64,000 nucleotides of DNA from Paraspadella gotoi (taxonomy: Eukaryota; Animalia; Chaetognatha), in contig CM119269.1 in the NCBI GenBank assembly GCA_051294375.1, positions 8,429,225 through 8,493,224 on the forward strand. Direction: 5' to 3'. The position numbers and the translations under genes were made by a program. The notes beneath the pieces are model-generated. The model was not told the DNA's origin and made no database searches. It saw nothing but the letters and a program-made list of their open reading frames with translations. Position 1 is the stretch's first letter. Each line of letters starts with the position of its first letter. Below, piece by piece: positions 1-14,100 of the stretch.

Positions 1-724
1 AGTTTCTAAGCCAACTAACCTCAGTTATAATGTTAATTGAATAAAGGGAGAATAAATTAATATCAAAGTTAAGAAAATAAGTACATCATGAGCCAACAAA
101 AACTATTCGTTTTAGGTATGAAGCATCGAGGAGCGAGTAAAATACTTACCTTATGAGAAAACTCCTCGAAGGCAACATATTTCGTTTGTGTTAATTAATA
201 TTCGAAAATGCGAAGGTAAACAAATCCATTTTCATCGATTCTGTTTCATTTTCATGAGTCAACAGACGAATGGAGAAGGTATGGACTCTATAATCATACT
301 CCTCCTCCTCATCTTCCTCCTCCTCCTCCTCCTCTTTCTCCCCCTCACGCGAGGTAAGGTCAACAACTTTTCTTCTTCCTCTTCCTTACGTACGTATATA
401 GTTTCTCCTCATCTTCTTTTTTCTTCTTCTTCTTTTCATTTCTCTTTTAAACTTCTGATTCTTGCTTCGAGAATCGTCCTCAGATTTTCATTTCATATCA
501 GAGGAAACAAAGATTTATTTGCAAGCCCGCCCGGCATTTATAAAAATACGGGGGTTTAGGTCAAAATAAATTTGCTAGTGTGACTAAATTACTACGACAA
601 TAATATAATTGCGAATCTAATCACTAGTTCAAAATGATTTATTTTTCGAGGAATACTTTGGTAAACTGGTAAACTGGTAAACTTTCTTTCATATGGTTAA
701 AAAAAAAAGTCAAAATTAAAATAT

Positions 725-913
725 TGAAGACAGAGTGATAATTGTTATATGTTAGTGACAGAACCGTTCAATATAAGCAGTCCCTGAGCTTCGGATCAGG
801 CTGTAACACCGTGTTACAGGCGGATTAAGCGCCTCGTCCCTCTTAACTGCGAGGCGGCCACAGGGCTAGAACCCCGGACCTTTGGGTTGGGAGGCTAATG
901 ACTTGCCACCATA
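725..913 (-). mobile_element. tRNA-head + twister element, copy 1 (internally deleted)
   Basis: Near-identical to the copies at 15367, 22024, 45825 and 47974. Flanked by ATAT/ATAT 4-bp TSD. Twister module at 777-850 carries a T1 mismatch. Confidence 0.85.
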
Positions 914-1575
914 ATATTTAGATTATCAAAAGCTAAAATTAATAAAAACTAATAATAAAAAATTATATATGTATAAATATAACATAATATATATTGGTTC
1001 TACCAATTTCATAAATAATTTGTAATAAAAATTTTTAATGAATATTGACAAATTTAAAACTTAAAATATTAAACCTTTTAAAAAATAAGTAAGGATTTTG
1101 GGTTATAAAAAATGAAAATAAAGCATAGGCAAAAATACCCTCCAGCTTTTTTATCTGTTCAGAACTTGAGATGTTTAATTCTAGATACTACAAGTATTTG
1201 AGCGTGCATTGCAGTGCATATTAACCTCGAAATTTTAACCTTTAAACATTTCGTAACTTTTCGCTTGAGTCATCGTCATTATCATCATCATAACTGCCCG
1301 GCGAAAGTTGGCCGAAAAACGAAGTCTTTTTCCGTTTTCAAATCATCGTCATCATCATCATCATCATCATCATCACCATCATCATCATCATCTCTGAAAT
1401 CCAAGTGAGAGAGCGAGTTCACCAGATTTGTGATTTTCACGAAACCACAACAACTAAACAACGATCGACAGCAAAAGTTATAACTTTGCTTTGTTCATTA
1501 AAGTATCCAACTATTTATCAAAACTTTTTAACTATTAGTTTTATTTAAATATTGATCTCTCTTCTGAAAAAAAAA

Positions 1576-2735
1576 ATGACACTAAAGTCTCCTAACGCGA
1601 AACCAGTCGACGTTCTCTCTTTGGATAAAATCTGCAAAACAGGTGAATCAATTTAAGGGGAGTCAATGAAAACAAATAAATAAGTATGTACGTTTTGAAA
1701 ACTACAATATTCTTTTTTTAATTACAACTTCCCAATATTATTTATCGAAGAAAATGAAAATCACATTTTTTTAAAGCAGTTACTAAGCCCACTTTGACAA
1801 TCATTTCTAACCACTGTCGCTTAATTTACATATATTGTAGCGGTAGCATTTCATACCCCTTTGCTCATATATATACCTATCTACAAAGCGATGTAAAGTT
1901 TATAAGCTAACCCTAAACTTTGTGAGAATGAGAATCGAATATAATCATATCCCATAAGTTCAATCGACATCAAATGTGACATTACAAATGAGGAAAAAAC
2001 CTTCTCTTGACGGACCAAACAGCGTTAAGAATCGTGCCTCGATTGCGCCGGGCTAAAAATAACAAATCGTTGACAAAATAAGCGAAGGTTCAATCGCCGA
2101 ACGAAAAAGAAAGGACAGTCACATCCATTCATTAACGTCACGTCGAGAAACCTGAGCCCCACCCTCTCCTCCCCGCCCCCCCCCCACTCTATTTCAGTCT
2201 GCGCCTTCGGTGGCGACAGAAACCGAAGTCATCACGAGATCTTCTCGGGTTTGATTTTGGGCGACGCGACTGTCGCCGCCAACCTCACCAAGCTGCGAGA
2301 TTTGGGGGTCAGTTTTGGGAGGGGGGGCGGAAAGATTGGGCTTGGGCTTGATATTGGCAATTGAGTTTTAGCGGGCGGCGGTTGGGCTTGGTGGGAGTAA
2401 TTGGGTTTTAGGGAGCGGTGATTGGGCTTGGGCTTGACAGGNNNNNNNNNNNNNNNNNNNNNNNTGATTGAGCGTTGGTTTTGTGAGTCTTTACTTTTCA
2501 CTGTGAATTGCGAATTGTGACAAGATTTGAGAATAAAGTTTTCGAGCTTGGTTTTCGGGTTTGGTTAAGGAGTAACTCTTGGTTTATGAATTTTGAAATA
2601 AAGTAGGTTCGTTCGTTGCTAGGTGACGCACGTGTTGAACGTCGCTCAGAGAGATATGTTCAGCACCATCTACCGACCGGGAGAAGAAAATCCGTACGAG
2701 CATCAGGGCATCAAGTATTTGGGTAAAGAGACTAA

Positions 2736-2819
<84 letters not shown>

Positions 2820-3637
2820 TGAACACCCCTTCTTACGTCTCCCACCCAGGCATTCCCGCCGACGACGACCCTACTTTTGACCTCAGCCCGTTCTTCGAGT
2901 CGACGGCCAACTTCATCGACGCAGCACTGACCTCAGGCGGCGTCGTTTACGTCCATTGTCTCTTCGGAATCTCTCGCTCGGCGACGATAGGTCAGATTTA
3001 GTTTTTTTTATTTATTCAATTTTATTATCTTCATTTTTTAAAAATAATCTTCGCAAGTGGTGTTTAAAACCAACTGAACAGTACAAGGAGACCTTCGAAA
3101 AAGTTATTGGAATAAAGATTGTCACGCAGAAAAAGGTTGGAATGATAGAAAAGTGACAACGAATTTTCTCACTGAAGTTTTTTGTTAAAAAAAAACAACT
3201 GTTTTTGGAATATATATCGTCTCTGGAATCCCTCAGTTTTACATCATTTTGTTAGGACAGTTTTTTTTTTTCCCCGTACTTTCGTCGTGCTTCTCTTCAT
3301 TCTTTTAATTTTTTTGCCATATATTTAGACTTATTTTTCATTTTTAGTGGCTTATGAATGATGATGACTTAGAAAAATGTTCAAATATATGACAAAAAAT
3401 CGAAAAATTATTTGTTTCTCCTGAACTGATAATTCCATAATAAAAATAAGTATATATATAATAAGAAATTTTGTCATTTTCACTTTTTCAGTCGTATCTT
3501 ATCTGATGCAAAAACGCGGCCTCTCCGCTTTGGACGCAATGAGAGTTGTTCGTCTCGTGAGGAGAGTCAATCCAAACTCGGGATTCATGCAGCAGCTCGT
3601 CGACCTCCACTACAGACTTTATCCGCTGAAGGAGTGA
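1576..3637 (+). CDS. Atypical dual-specificity protein phosphatase (DUSP3/13/26-like), 5 exons, ~187 aa
   Basis: Exons 1576-1642, 2198-2307, 2623-2722, 2850-2990, 3492-3637 join in frame with GT-AG introns. Product contains EIFSGLILGD..A..L..LGVTHVLN, acid loop IPADD, catalytic motif VHCLFGISRSAT, SYLM and PNSGFMQQL. Confidence 0.93.
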
Positions 3638-4069
3638 AACGACGAGGTGGAGACGTCTGACTCTATTCTTTATAGGAGCAAAATAATTTTACTCTCTCCT
3701 TGAAAGGAGCAAACTGGTCATAAGCAGAACGATCTCGATTATAAAAAAAGAAAATAATCATAAAATCCCATTTTCTAATGACAATCCTTAGTTGTTTTAT
3801 TTTTTTCATTTGACTGTTGTTTACGATTGACATGAATTAACCTGATCTAATTTTTTGTCTTTTTTTTAAATTGTGAACGTTGTCATTAATTTATTGTCAT
3901 TATGAGATAAATAAAGCTCTTCATTCTTGATACTATTTTTTTTTCCAAAACTGACCTTTCACGTAAAAAAAAATAAAAGTTTAAAACAGAGAAATAAAAA
4001 CTATAATTAAGACATATTGTTTAACAAAGGTATGTAAAAAAATAATAAATTAAACATTCGCTCCTCCTC

Positions 4070-6599
4070 CTACTCATTTTTCTCCACAGCCTCCAACAAG
4101 TTGTTTAATATTTCCATGACGACTTGATGATGATCACTTTCTTCGCCTTCGTCTCTTTTCGATTCGGATAATCTCTTCGCTGTCGTCACAGAAACTTCAT
4201 TGGTGAGACGAGACGAAGTCACAGTCGTTATTGGTTCCTTTTCAGAAGAAACTGTCTTTCGCGATGCAACAGTGAGACTCGCTGACTCTGGAATCAACTC
4301 GAGTTTCTCTTCAACAGATTCAGCTCCAGAATTGAGTTCGTCAGTCGTCGTTGTCGTCCTTCCCTCGCCTTCCGCAAGCGAAATATCGTCCGAGAAATCA
4401 GGCGGTGCCTGGTCAACGGCGATCGTCAAAGGCGGTTCGTCAGGCGAACACGATTTTAAATCTTTCTTCAATTTTCGCTCTGAAATCGATGGGGATCGAT
4501 CAGACGATGACTCAACCAACGACGATACGAGTCGGACGGTTGAATCGGATTGAGTTTCACTTGCAACATTGTCATCAACAATCGCCGTTTGTGAAGTTGA
4601 CGGCGTAAGGATCGCGTCCACACGATCTTCATGTCCCGTCGCCGTCGCTGGCGCTTTGTCCTTTGTTTCCACGACCTCTTCCAACGCCTTTGTGGAAGAT
4701 GCTGCAGATTTTGTCGCCTTGTGATCGAACGACGTGACATCTTCACTTTTTCCTTTCGGTGAATCGGATTCAGTGATTTCGTTCGCTTCGTGATTTCTTT
4801 TTCTGTCATCATTCGAAGAAGCAATTACTGTGTCATTAATTGAGGCGAGATTTTCCATGGATTTATTTTCATTTTCCATGGATTTATTTTCATTTTTATC
4901 ACAAGACGTAAAATCTTTAGTTATGTCACCCTGTATGACGTTTTCAGTTTTTTCGCTAGATGCGACTTTTTCTATTTTATCGCACGATGTAAAATTGTCG
5001 CTTTTACCACTTGGTTTTAGGATATTAGCTTTATTTTTCGATGTGTCGTTTTCAATTTTAGCACAAATTGTCACATTTCCGTCACTGGGTGTGATAATTT
5101 CCGCTTTATCAATTAGTTCATTGTTTTTAGTATTATCACAATGGGTCATAGTTTCAGTAGGAGAACTTGGCATAACGTTTTTCGTTTTATCGCACGACGT
5201 ATCGTTTTTGGATTTATCACAAGACGTCACATCATCCGATGCATCACCAGTAGTTCCATTATTTGTTTCATCACTAGAAGCATCGATTTTTTCACGCAAT
5301 GTCACGTCGTCGTAGTTACTTTCAGTTACTTGACTCGGCGACACTGTTTGATCTTCTACACTCGACGCAAGATCTTTTGATTTTTCAGCCGAGACCGAAA
5401 TTTCCGGTTGTGCGAAGATAGTTTTCGTTTCGTCGTCAACGTCGTTTTCTTGAGTTTGATCAACCACGGACTTTTGTCTGGTCATCAAGCGACCGCCGCG
5501 ACCTCTCCCGCGTCCCGAGGAAGAGCGAGGTCGCATCCTGAGTAACAAATGAACATAACGAGGGTGAGCATAACTTGTGGGTTTAACTTAAAGGTAGCCT
5601 TTCTCAAGGTGGGTCAAAAATTTTATTACTTAGCACCTGCTCAAACGAAAATTTATACATTTTTTAAAAAAATTAGTATAGTAACATCACTCTATACCCT
5701 ATACATTAATTGTCTAATATTTTTTTTAAGAATTTAAAATTTTTTTTAAGAATTTATTATTTTTAAGATCAGAAAGTTGCCTTCCCAAAGTATAAATTGT
5801 TTTTATGTTTTGATCATAATTGGGTAAAAAAAGAAAAAACATTTAAAATTATCATCGTCATCATCTTTTGATAATTTCATTCGTTTTTTTCCCTTAATTT
5901 TGACAAAGAAAACGTAACAAGAATAGCATTAATTTTTTTTTCTTAATTTTTTCTACCTGTGAGTAGACATCAAGACTAAAGTTTTGATTTTTATTTCAAA
6001 GTAGAGTTCCCCCCATCCCGGGTTCCTTTCACTCACAAATGTTGAATTCTGTGACAAACTTCGGGATCTCCTTCGTACAAGCAATCGTTGATCATGATGA
6101 GGGGGATCGAAACCTGGTAAAAAAAAAATAGATTATTGTAGTTTTTGGGCACCGACTTAGAATTCATTACTCATTTCGCTAATTAATTAGTTAATTATTT
6201 AGTTTCGAGATCCTCTAAGGAATTTTGGCGCTATTTTACGAAAGAAACCAATTCCTTTCCTTATTTTATAAATTCTAATTTGATCTAGAAATATTAAACT
6301 CTGATATTTAACATTATCTCCTACTCCTAAATCCCTAACCCTAATCCCTAACCTTACGCCTATCCCAAACCCCTATTAAATGTAGTAGTTACGATTCATT
6401 CAATGTTTTAGAATGTTTTAGAATTTGGTTAAAGTTGTTTTTTTTTTGTTTTTTTTTTCAACGAGAGTTTGGAATCGTCAATTGCACACACGGCATCCGA
6501 TTCCTCGCCCTCGTCAGAACTCACTCGTTGCGGATCCATGATGTCCAGGGGTGGATCGCGCAGGGAACTTCGAGGCCGAATTCCGGCCGCGCAGCCGGT
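4070..6599 (-). CDS. Uncharacterised acidic Ser/Thr/Asp/Glu-rich protein, 5'-incomplete model
   Basis: Large terminal exon 5537-4070 (492-aa ORF track). Upstream GT-AG exons 6599-6525 (TGCAAGIRPRSSLRDPPLDIMDPQR) and 6113-6037 (VSIPLIMINDCLYEGDPEVCHRIQHL) join in phase. First exon not resolved (candidate GC-rich block near 7600-7790). Confidence 0.6.
5592..5830. repeat. Dispersed repeat, second copy at ~36281-36560
   Basis: Shared aggtagcctt.ctc...agcacc.gctcaaacgaaa...tttttaagatcaga...ttttgatcataa. Confidence 0.6.
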
Positions 6600-7923
6600 C
6601 TTCAAGGGCGGACGGACGGACGGACGGAGAGAATGGAGCGAGTGAGAAAAGAATATTTGGAGAGAGAAAACAAAAAAAGAAAAAAGAAAAAAGTAAAGAA
6701 AAGGGAAAAAAGAGAAAAAATCAAGGAAAGATGAGAGGAAAAAAACAAAACAAAAAAAAAAAGAAAAAAAATAGAATAAAAGAAAAAAATTTTAAAAAGA
6801 AAAGAAAAAAATAAAAAAATAAGTTTATTAAAATTTATTCATAGCCCTGGAGCTGTTTTAATTTTTGTAGTAGAAAAATAAAATCGGAATGTCGCGCCGG
6901 AAAATGTTTAGTACTGATTGTGATATGTACTAATATGTAGTAATACTGAGTCGATGATTAGTTTTATCGATGTTGTTTCAGGAATCAAATTGATTTTGTC
7001 GATTGACAAACTCTTTCATCATGAAATCTGGAAGAATATCAGAAAATTTCGCGACAAAATAACCAATAACCAAAAAAAAAAAAAAAAAAAATCGAGGAGT
7101 CAATGGTGTTGAATGTGGCATCGATCTGGACGCATTTCCAGATGATCACGTGATTAATTAAGTATGTGACGTATGCACGACAAGCATCTAATCATTCTCA
7201 TGGTTCAACGTTTATCTGTAAAATATTTAACTAAAACATTCAAGTATTGCATGAACTCATTGACTTTCTGATCACGTAACCACATTTTTATGTTATTACA
7301 TAACTGTACAATTATGAAACATATATACTAGCAGCGTTCAATGATTATAATTTTATGCAAAATATTCACTACATTGACTTCGTAAAACGTAAGTTATATA
7401 CATCAGTTACAAGGCGTTGTCTTTCGGCTTATATAATTAGATATTTACGTATCGGAATAACTATCAGTCAAAAAAATGCAGTATGAGTTTAATAGTGAAC
7501 ATTTAATGCGTAAATAGGACAGATCCACGGACAGATCAACAGACAGACCAATCGACCGAGCGACCGAGCAATAGAGTTGCATCGCGGGTTCTCACGGCTA
7601 TGAGAGATGTTTTCAACAACTTTGGGCATCTCCTTAAAATTTTGTGCAGATCTTTGACGCATTTGCTGAAGCAGCAGCCAATCCTTCTGCGCCATCGTCG
7701 ACGCCTTGTTTCAGGGGGCGTCTACGGCGTGGTCAGCGGCGGCGGCGGCGCGGGGTCGGAGGCGGCGGCGGCGTCCACGGAAGGACGAAACAAATTCTTG
7801 TCTTTTTTTCTCTCTTCGTTTTTCCGCAAGAAAAATAACTTGATTTTTTTTTAATTTTGTTTTTTTTTTCTTTACTAGTTTATCTCTTTTCCGAGTTTAA
7901 AGTGAAGAAGTGAAAAAGTGTAT

Positions 7924-8218
<295 letters not shown>

Positions 8219-8339
8219 ATTTGATTTTCATGTAGAGCAGATGATTGTGGTGAGAGATGAGATCAAAATCTTTGCCTTCGAAAATCCCCGACGATACTCT
8301 TCCTCCTCCTCCTCCTCCTCTTTTTCCATTTCCAAAGCC

Positions 8340-8650
8340 GACAACATGATCCCTCATGACCAACAGTCTCTACAGCATTTCACCATCACACCTGTCACCA
8401 TTATCCCTCATGACCAACAGTCTCTACAGCATTTCTCCATCACTGCCGACACCTGGATCCTTCAAGACCAACAGTCTCTACACCATGATCCTTTATGACC
8501 AACAGTCTCTACAGCATTTTCCCATCACTGCCAACATCATGACTCCGCATGAGAGACAGTCTCTTCAGCATTTCCCCATCACTGCTGACATAATGACCAC
8601 TATGATGGACAGTCTCTACAGCATTTTCCCATCAAAACCGACACCATGAC
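8340..8650. repeat. Minisatellite, ~50-57-bp unit, ~6 copies
   Basis: Recurring atgaccaacagtctctacagcattt.cccatcactgc. Confidence 0.85.
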
Positions 8651-8996
8651 ATCATAATTGCACACCGCATTTGTGCATCAGATCGTTCTATCTCAGAAGG
8701 ACCTTTGCTCAGCCGAAATTATAAGTCACAACCCTATCGAAGACGTTATCTGTTCTTTCTCTGTCAAAAGCAACTACATCAGCAACATCGCCATTGCAGT
8801 TGGATTGAATTGCTGTTTCGGAATCTTTCTTGCTTTGCACTTGTTCATTAGTACTCATTAACACTTTTATTATCATCATCGTCATTATCATTATCATCAT
8901 CATCATCATCTAAATCATCATCCTAATCTCAGACAATTCCCTCTTCTCGTATTTTCGCACGTTTTGTTGGTTCACTCCCACAACCTGATTTTCAAT

Positions 8997-9049
<53 letters not shown>

Positions 9050-10093
9050 TTTTTTAATATCAGTAATTTTTTGATTTTATAAAAAATAAGTAAATATGGT
9101 AGTCAGTATTTCAAAAAATAAAAGAAGTTATAAAATTATTAAAATTGAGAAAAATCAACAGACCAGTAGCTATTAAAAGTATCATGAACAATAAATTTAA
9201 AATTATGTTTATTATGCAAAAAAAACATTCAAAATAATAATTTTTTTAATATAATTCATTTTATAAGTTATTTATTTTCTATGTCAAAACATAATCATTA
9301 AAAACTTACTATATAATATATATATAATATATATAATTACTTTATAAAAAACTGTAATTGAAAAAAATTTATTACCCTTTTTTTGTGTAGACCAAAGGTC
9401 CGGAAACGTATCCCACGACATCTCATTTTTGTGCACTCAGTGTAAAAAGTAACCTAGAAGTGAGGAATGAACATCACTGTACTAATGAACATTTATGTAT
9501 TAAAAAATTTTAATTTTTACGCCGTAGGCAATATTTATACATAGTACTAATCAAATAGATGTTAAAATTTCAAAATAGTAAGATTTGTAAGATTTTTTTT
9601 GCAGATTTGGATTCGTCATGAGAAGTTCATGGAAGAAATATAACTCTATTTTCAATATTTTTTCATTAAGTTAGTCAAATATCAGAAAAACCTATAATGA
9701 TAGTAAAATATACCAACTGCGAAAATTAAAAAAATGTAAAATTAATAATTTTATAATTCAGCATTGTCGAAATTACAAACATTAAAGATATAAGTGAGAC
9801 AGACTGACGGACCGACCGAACGAGCAGAAACTAACTTAAATAGAGTCGTTTCGCGAGTACTCGCGACGCAACTAAAAAAAAAAAAAGTAAAAAGATCGAA
9901 TTCAAATTCATGACTGAGTTCTTTTGTTTATTTCCCGCGCGGTAACCGCCCTTCCACCTTCCACCTCCACCTCCATCTCCCAAGGGGGGGGGGTTAGGGG
10001 GCGGTGTTGGGATCGAGATGGTTCAGTTTTCGGTTCGGGGTTTTTTTTTTTCCCTTCGAATCAAAAAGCACGAGCGAATCTTCGGCATTAAGA

Positions 10094-10124
<31 letters not shown>

Positions 10125-11109
10125 CGTCGACATCGGGCTCGATCTTCTTCAGCTTCCAAAACAATAATATTACCGTCATGGGCGTCATCATTATCGTCGT
10201 CGTCGTTGGCGTCGTAATCAGCATCATGCTCGTCATTGTCATTTCCGGTCTTTATTGGTAACTCTGTCATTGTCGTAATCGTCATCTTCCTTATCATCTT
10301 GTCTTCTTCTTTGTCATCGTCATCTTCGTGATCTTTGTTAAATGTGAATTTAGTTTTTCCTTTTCGACGATCATGTGATTTTCTTTGTTAGAAATCTTTA
10401 TAAATAAATAAAAGCTTTTTCTCTGTTTGGCTACATAATTTAAATTCGGATATCCTTACTTGCTCGGGTTTTTTCAGTTTTGTTTTGTTTTGAGAAACGT
10501 TATTAAGTCGGGTTATTTTGGGACAAGATTGAAATAATAAATTGAAAAAATATTTTAAGAAACATAATTCTCAAAACTTAATTTCGAATATAAACTCGGT
10601 TGGCGGACAAAAGAAAAAAAATATTAAAACTTTGAATTAAAAAGATAATAAGAAACATCAAAGATGAGGTTATTTTTAAACATTAATTTTTAAAAAAAGA
10701 TGGAAAAAGAATTTAATTTTCTTTCCCATCAAGAAAAGATATATCATTGAGAACAATAGAAGAATGACGCCATTTTTTTGGAATAGATCTTACAGAAAAA
10801 AATAAAGAACAGGAAAAATTTCCTAAATTTCGTTTTACAATCTATTTTATGTTTTAATTAATTTAAAACTTGAGTTTTAATTGAATTTTCATAACTGGAA
10901 ACTTTTTTGGTTTTAATAATTCAGGTTCATGAAGGTGATAAACGTTGCTTTATGAAAAAAAAAGGCATAATTTCTGCTGATAACTCCAAACGTCTTCAAG
11001 GTTAGGGATAAGATCAAAAATGATTCGACCCAAGATGACTGATATGATCATGACGATATTCGATAATGATAATGATGTTAACTGTTTTTATTGCATTAAA
11101 AGCGCAAAG

Positions 11110-14100
11110 ATGATGCTCATCCTTATATTGGAAATGGTGTTGAACGTAGTTGACCTCGGAACGGATCTCCTCGTGACGATCGAGAGTCTCTTGGCTCAAC
11201 ACTCTTTCGCCAATCAAGTCGGCCGCGCATTGGCCCTCGTCCTTCTCTGTCACGGTATCTGTTCAGCCACTCACGCCTTAATCAATTTGTCCCGACACCC
11301 GAATCTTTACCCTCGCCTATGGAGATCGTGGAGGCGGCGGTTGATGACGCTGTCGGCTCACTTGGCCGGCATCGGTGTGGTTCCTTTAGCCCTGGATCTT
11401 ATACTCGATGAGAGAGCTCTCCGGGCTGAGACATTGACTCCGGAGTTTGAAAAGCGTCTTTCCTTTAAGGAAAAAGTCTTAGCCGGTAACAACGTTATCC
11501 ACACTCTCGTTGAGTCATTTCCTCAGCTCCTCATTCAGTGCGGAGCCCTGGTGGTCGCTTGGACCAGCTCGACAGATGAAATGTGCTTGACGGGATTTCG
11601 GAAACATCATGCAGGTTTTTTATGAGTTGCGCAAGTAACGAAAAGTTGTAGAAAGTAGAGAGTGGTCTCAAATGAAAGCTCTTACTGTGAATATGAAGAT
11701 AAACATATAGAATTCCAAATTGTGATCATTTTTAATAAAATTAATAAAAATTATTAAATTTTTTTAAAAAAATTAATTAGCATTTAAATAAATGCCTTGT
11801 ATCGGATTTTGCTAGATTATGGGATTACTTCAGGATTTTATAGGTTTCAAAAATAGCACTTTTACTGTTTTTTTTTTTTTTCAAATCCTCTCTTGCATAA
11901 AGAATATTGAAAGTTTTAACAAACTACCATGAAAAGTATTTTATTTTAAAATTGTATGGATAATGTTTTGCTTTAGGTTACAAGCTCTGTCATATGACTT
12001 AAGCACCCAAAAGTGGACCAAAGGGTTTAGTGTAAGAGAAACAACGGATCCCAAAACTGTTATGGCGTCGACATCGATGGTATTGTTTCTGAAGCAAATG
12101 CCCCCTGTTACTGCGAATCTCTTTGGTCTGGAGGTCCTTTATTCTGTGGTTGGAGGATCAAAAAGGAAGAGGGGATTTTTTAAAAAATATGCAAATGGTG
12201 GTTGGGTGGTGGGCTTTGGAACCTGCAGGGACCACCCAACTGTGTACCATCACACTTAACTAGATTGACTGTGAGAAGATTTAACTCGAACTGACGGTTG
12301 TTTAGCAAGTGATTAACTGTCCCAAGCATTTGGAATGAGCTGGAAGGTAGAATTTCGGATTATTGCCATAGATGACGTATCTTAGCAACAGCTGGCGCAT
12401 AGGTGTGTTTATGTGTACTGTCAGTAACCACTAACCAGCATGACTGTTAGGGGGTTGAAACCAGAACTCATGGTTGGTTTAACAGTCCAAGCCGTTGTGA
12501 CGAGCTGGAAGGGTATTAAAATTGTTTTAACTTTGGTTTTTATTGTTGAGTAGTATAAGTTGAACCGAGAATAAAAATATAATACTTGATCAGGTTCGTC
12601 CCATAGTCTCAATTGTCATCTCGACTTTTGGTGTCGCCAAACTTGCAGCTGCTCATCACATCAAAGAATTTGATCTTGATTCAGAAAACTTTATAAAAGA
12701 AAAATCTTTTCTCGTTCTCGGAACAATTCAAGGTTAGATCGCCATTTCTTTAATTTAGTCTGACCAGGAGAGCCACTGAAACTGACTCCACAAAACATTT
12801 CAAAGCTCATTTTTAACTCTGGGTTTCTCGTGCATTTTGACTGTAAAATAGACTTGCACCGTGCCATACATTGAAGTATATTATTTTGTTGACTCCCCTT
12901 GAAACATTCACAGGTTTTCGTTCTTAAGCCTTTTAGTATTCGTGAAAGAGGATCAGGAAAACGGATAGCATTATTTTTGTGGAAGTTTTTATTATCCGGA
13001 TTTTATCTTCAAAGAAACTGGCAAGCTCTGGCGACATAATTTTTGTGGTGCGCAATTTATAAAAGCTAAATAAAAGTGGGTGCTAATAAAAATTAAACAG
13101 TTTTTTCAATCATTTAAAAGCTTGTTCATAAAAATCGGACAAGCCAGTTTCCTGGCTCTCCTTAAGTTTATCTTTAATTTTTTTTTTTTTGTAGTTTTTT
13201 ACATTTTTCACGAGCTAATACTACTCAAAAATTGATACTTTTTTTCATGTATCACATTTAGGATTGGTTGGCCTAAGTAATTTGCTTTATTTTACATACA
13301 TAAAAATGCTTAACCTCTCCATATGGTTAGCGTTTTTAACGCCATTTTCCCTCTTGCGATTAATTCATATAAACCATCTGAAGTCACTGTGGAAAACATT
13401 GTGGCCAACAATCCATGAAGTTCGTCATCGAAAAAATTTGGCTGTAAATCCACTATTAACTTTGCCACTATGGAACGTTCTATGCTTCTCCGCAATTCAT
13501 ATCCTCGAAAAACATATTTTTTCGGACAAAGAACGGTTGAGGAATGGAGGTTTTAGCTGGGGTCTGGTAGTTCTTGAAAACAATGTTGCTTCAAGAATAC
13601 TCTTCTATCAGGATATTTGGAACACAAGCTCTCTTTCCGCAAGTGTCAGTTGCTATAAAGCAGAAGTTTTTCAGGATGTAAAAAAGTGGGATGCTTTGTC
13701 ATTTGGACATTTGCTGGGTTTTTTATGCACCAAATGCACTCGGCCCATGCAGATGATTTACGAGCCATTACATATACATCTGGAATTGGCCAAACCTAAT
13801 TTCATTATTTATCTGGGAAATTATCGTTTTCTTAAACCAAAATATTATGCTTTGGTTTTAATACTTTTGGTAGACATGATTACTGGCTTGGTTTATGTCT
13901 CATCAATTTTTGTTTTGAGGGTAACTATCAATAATTGTTATGAAAAATTTTAAATCATTTAAAAAATCATGCATTGTCGAGTAAAAAGTAAAGTAACAAA
14001 TTCTCCTTGATTGCGCTTCGAGTACTCACAGAGAAACTCTGGATTCCTCCCGAAGGAATTCCTCCCCAAGGGATTCCTCCGCACGATGGAACTAAGCTTT

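Noticed and set aside
8340-8650. CRISPR-like array (also the 18-bp and 70-bp arrays)
   Set aside because: Units are tandem with no unique spacers, the context is eukaryotic and no cas genes are present.
9994-10330. Asp-rich minus-strand ORFs as exons
   Set aside because: The acidic reading switches frames and no consistent splice path was found; probably (GAC/GAT)n low-complexity DNA.
11611-11640. T TTT TTA TGA slippery-site or recoding hypothesis in XKR1
   Set aside because: The -1 frame closes quickly, and a 28-nt microexon explains the phase more simply.
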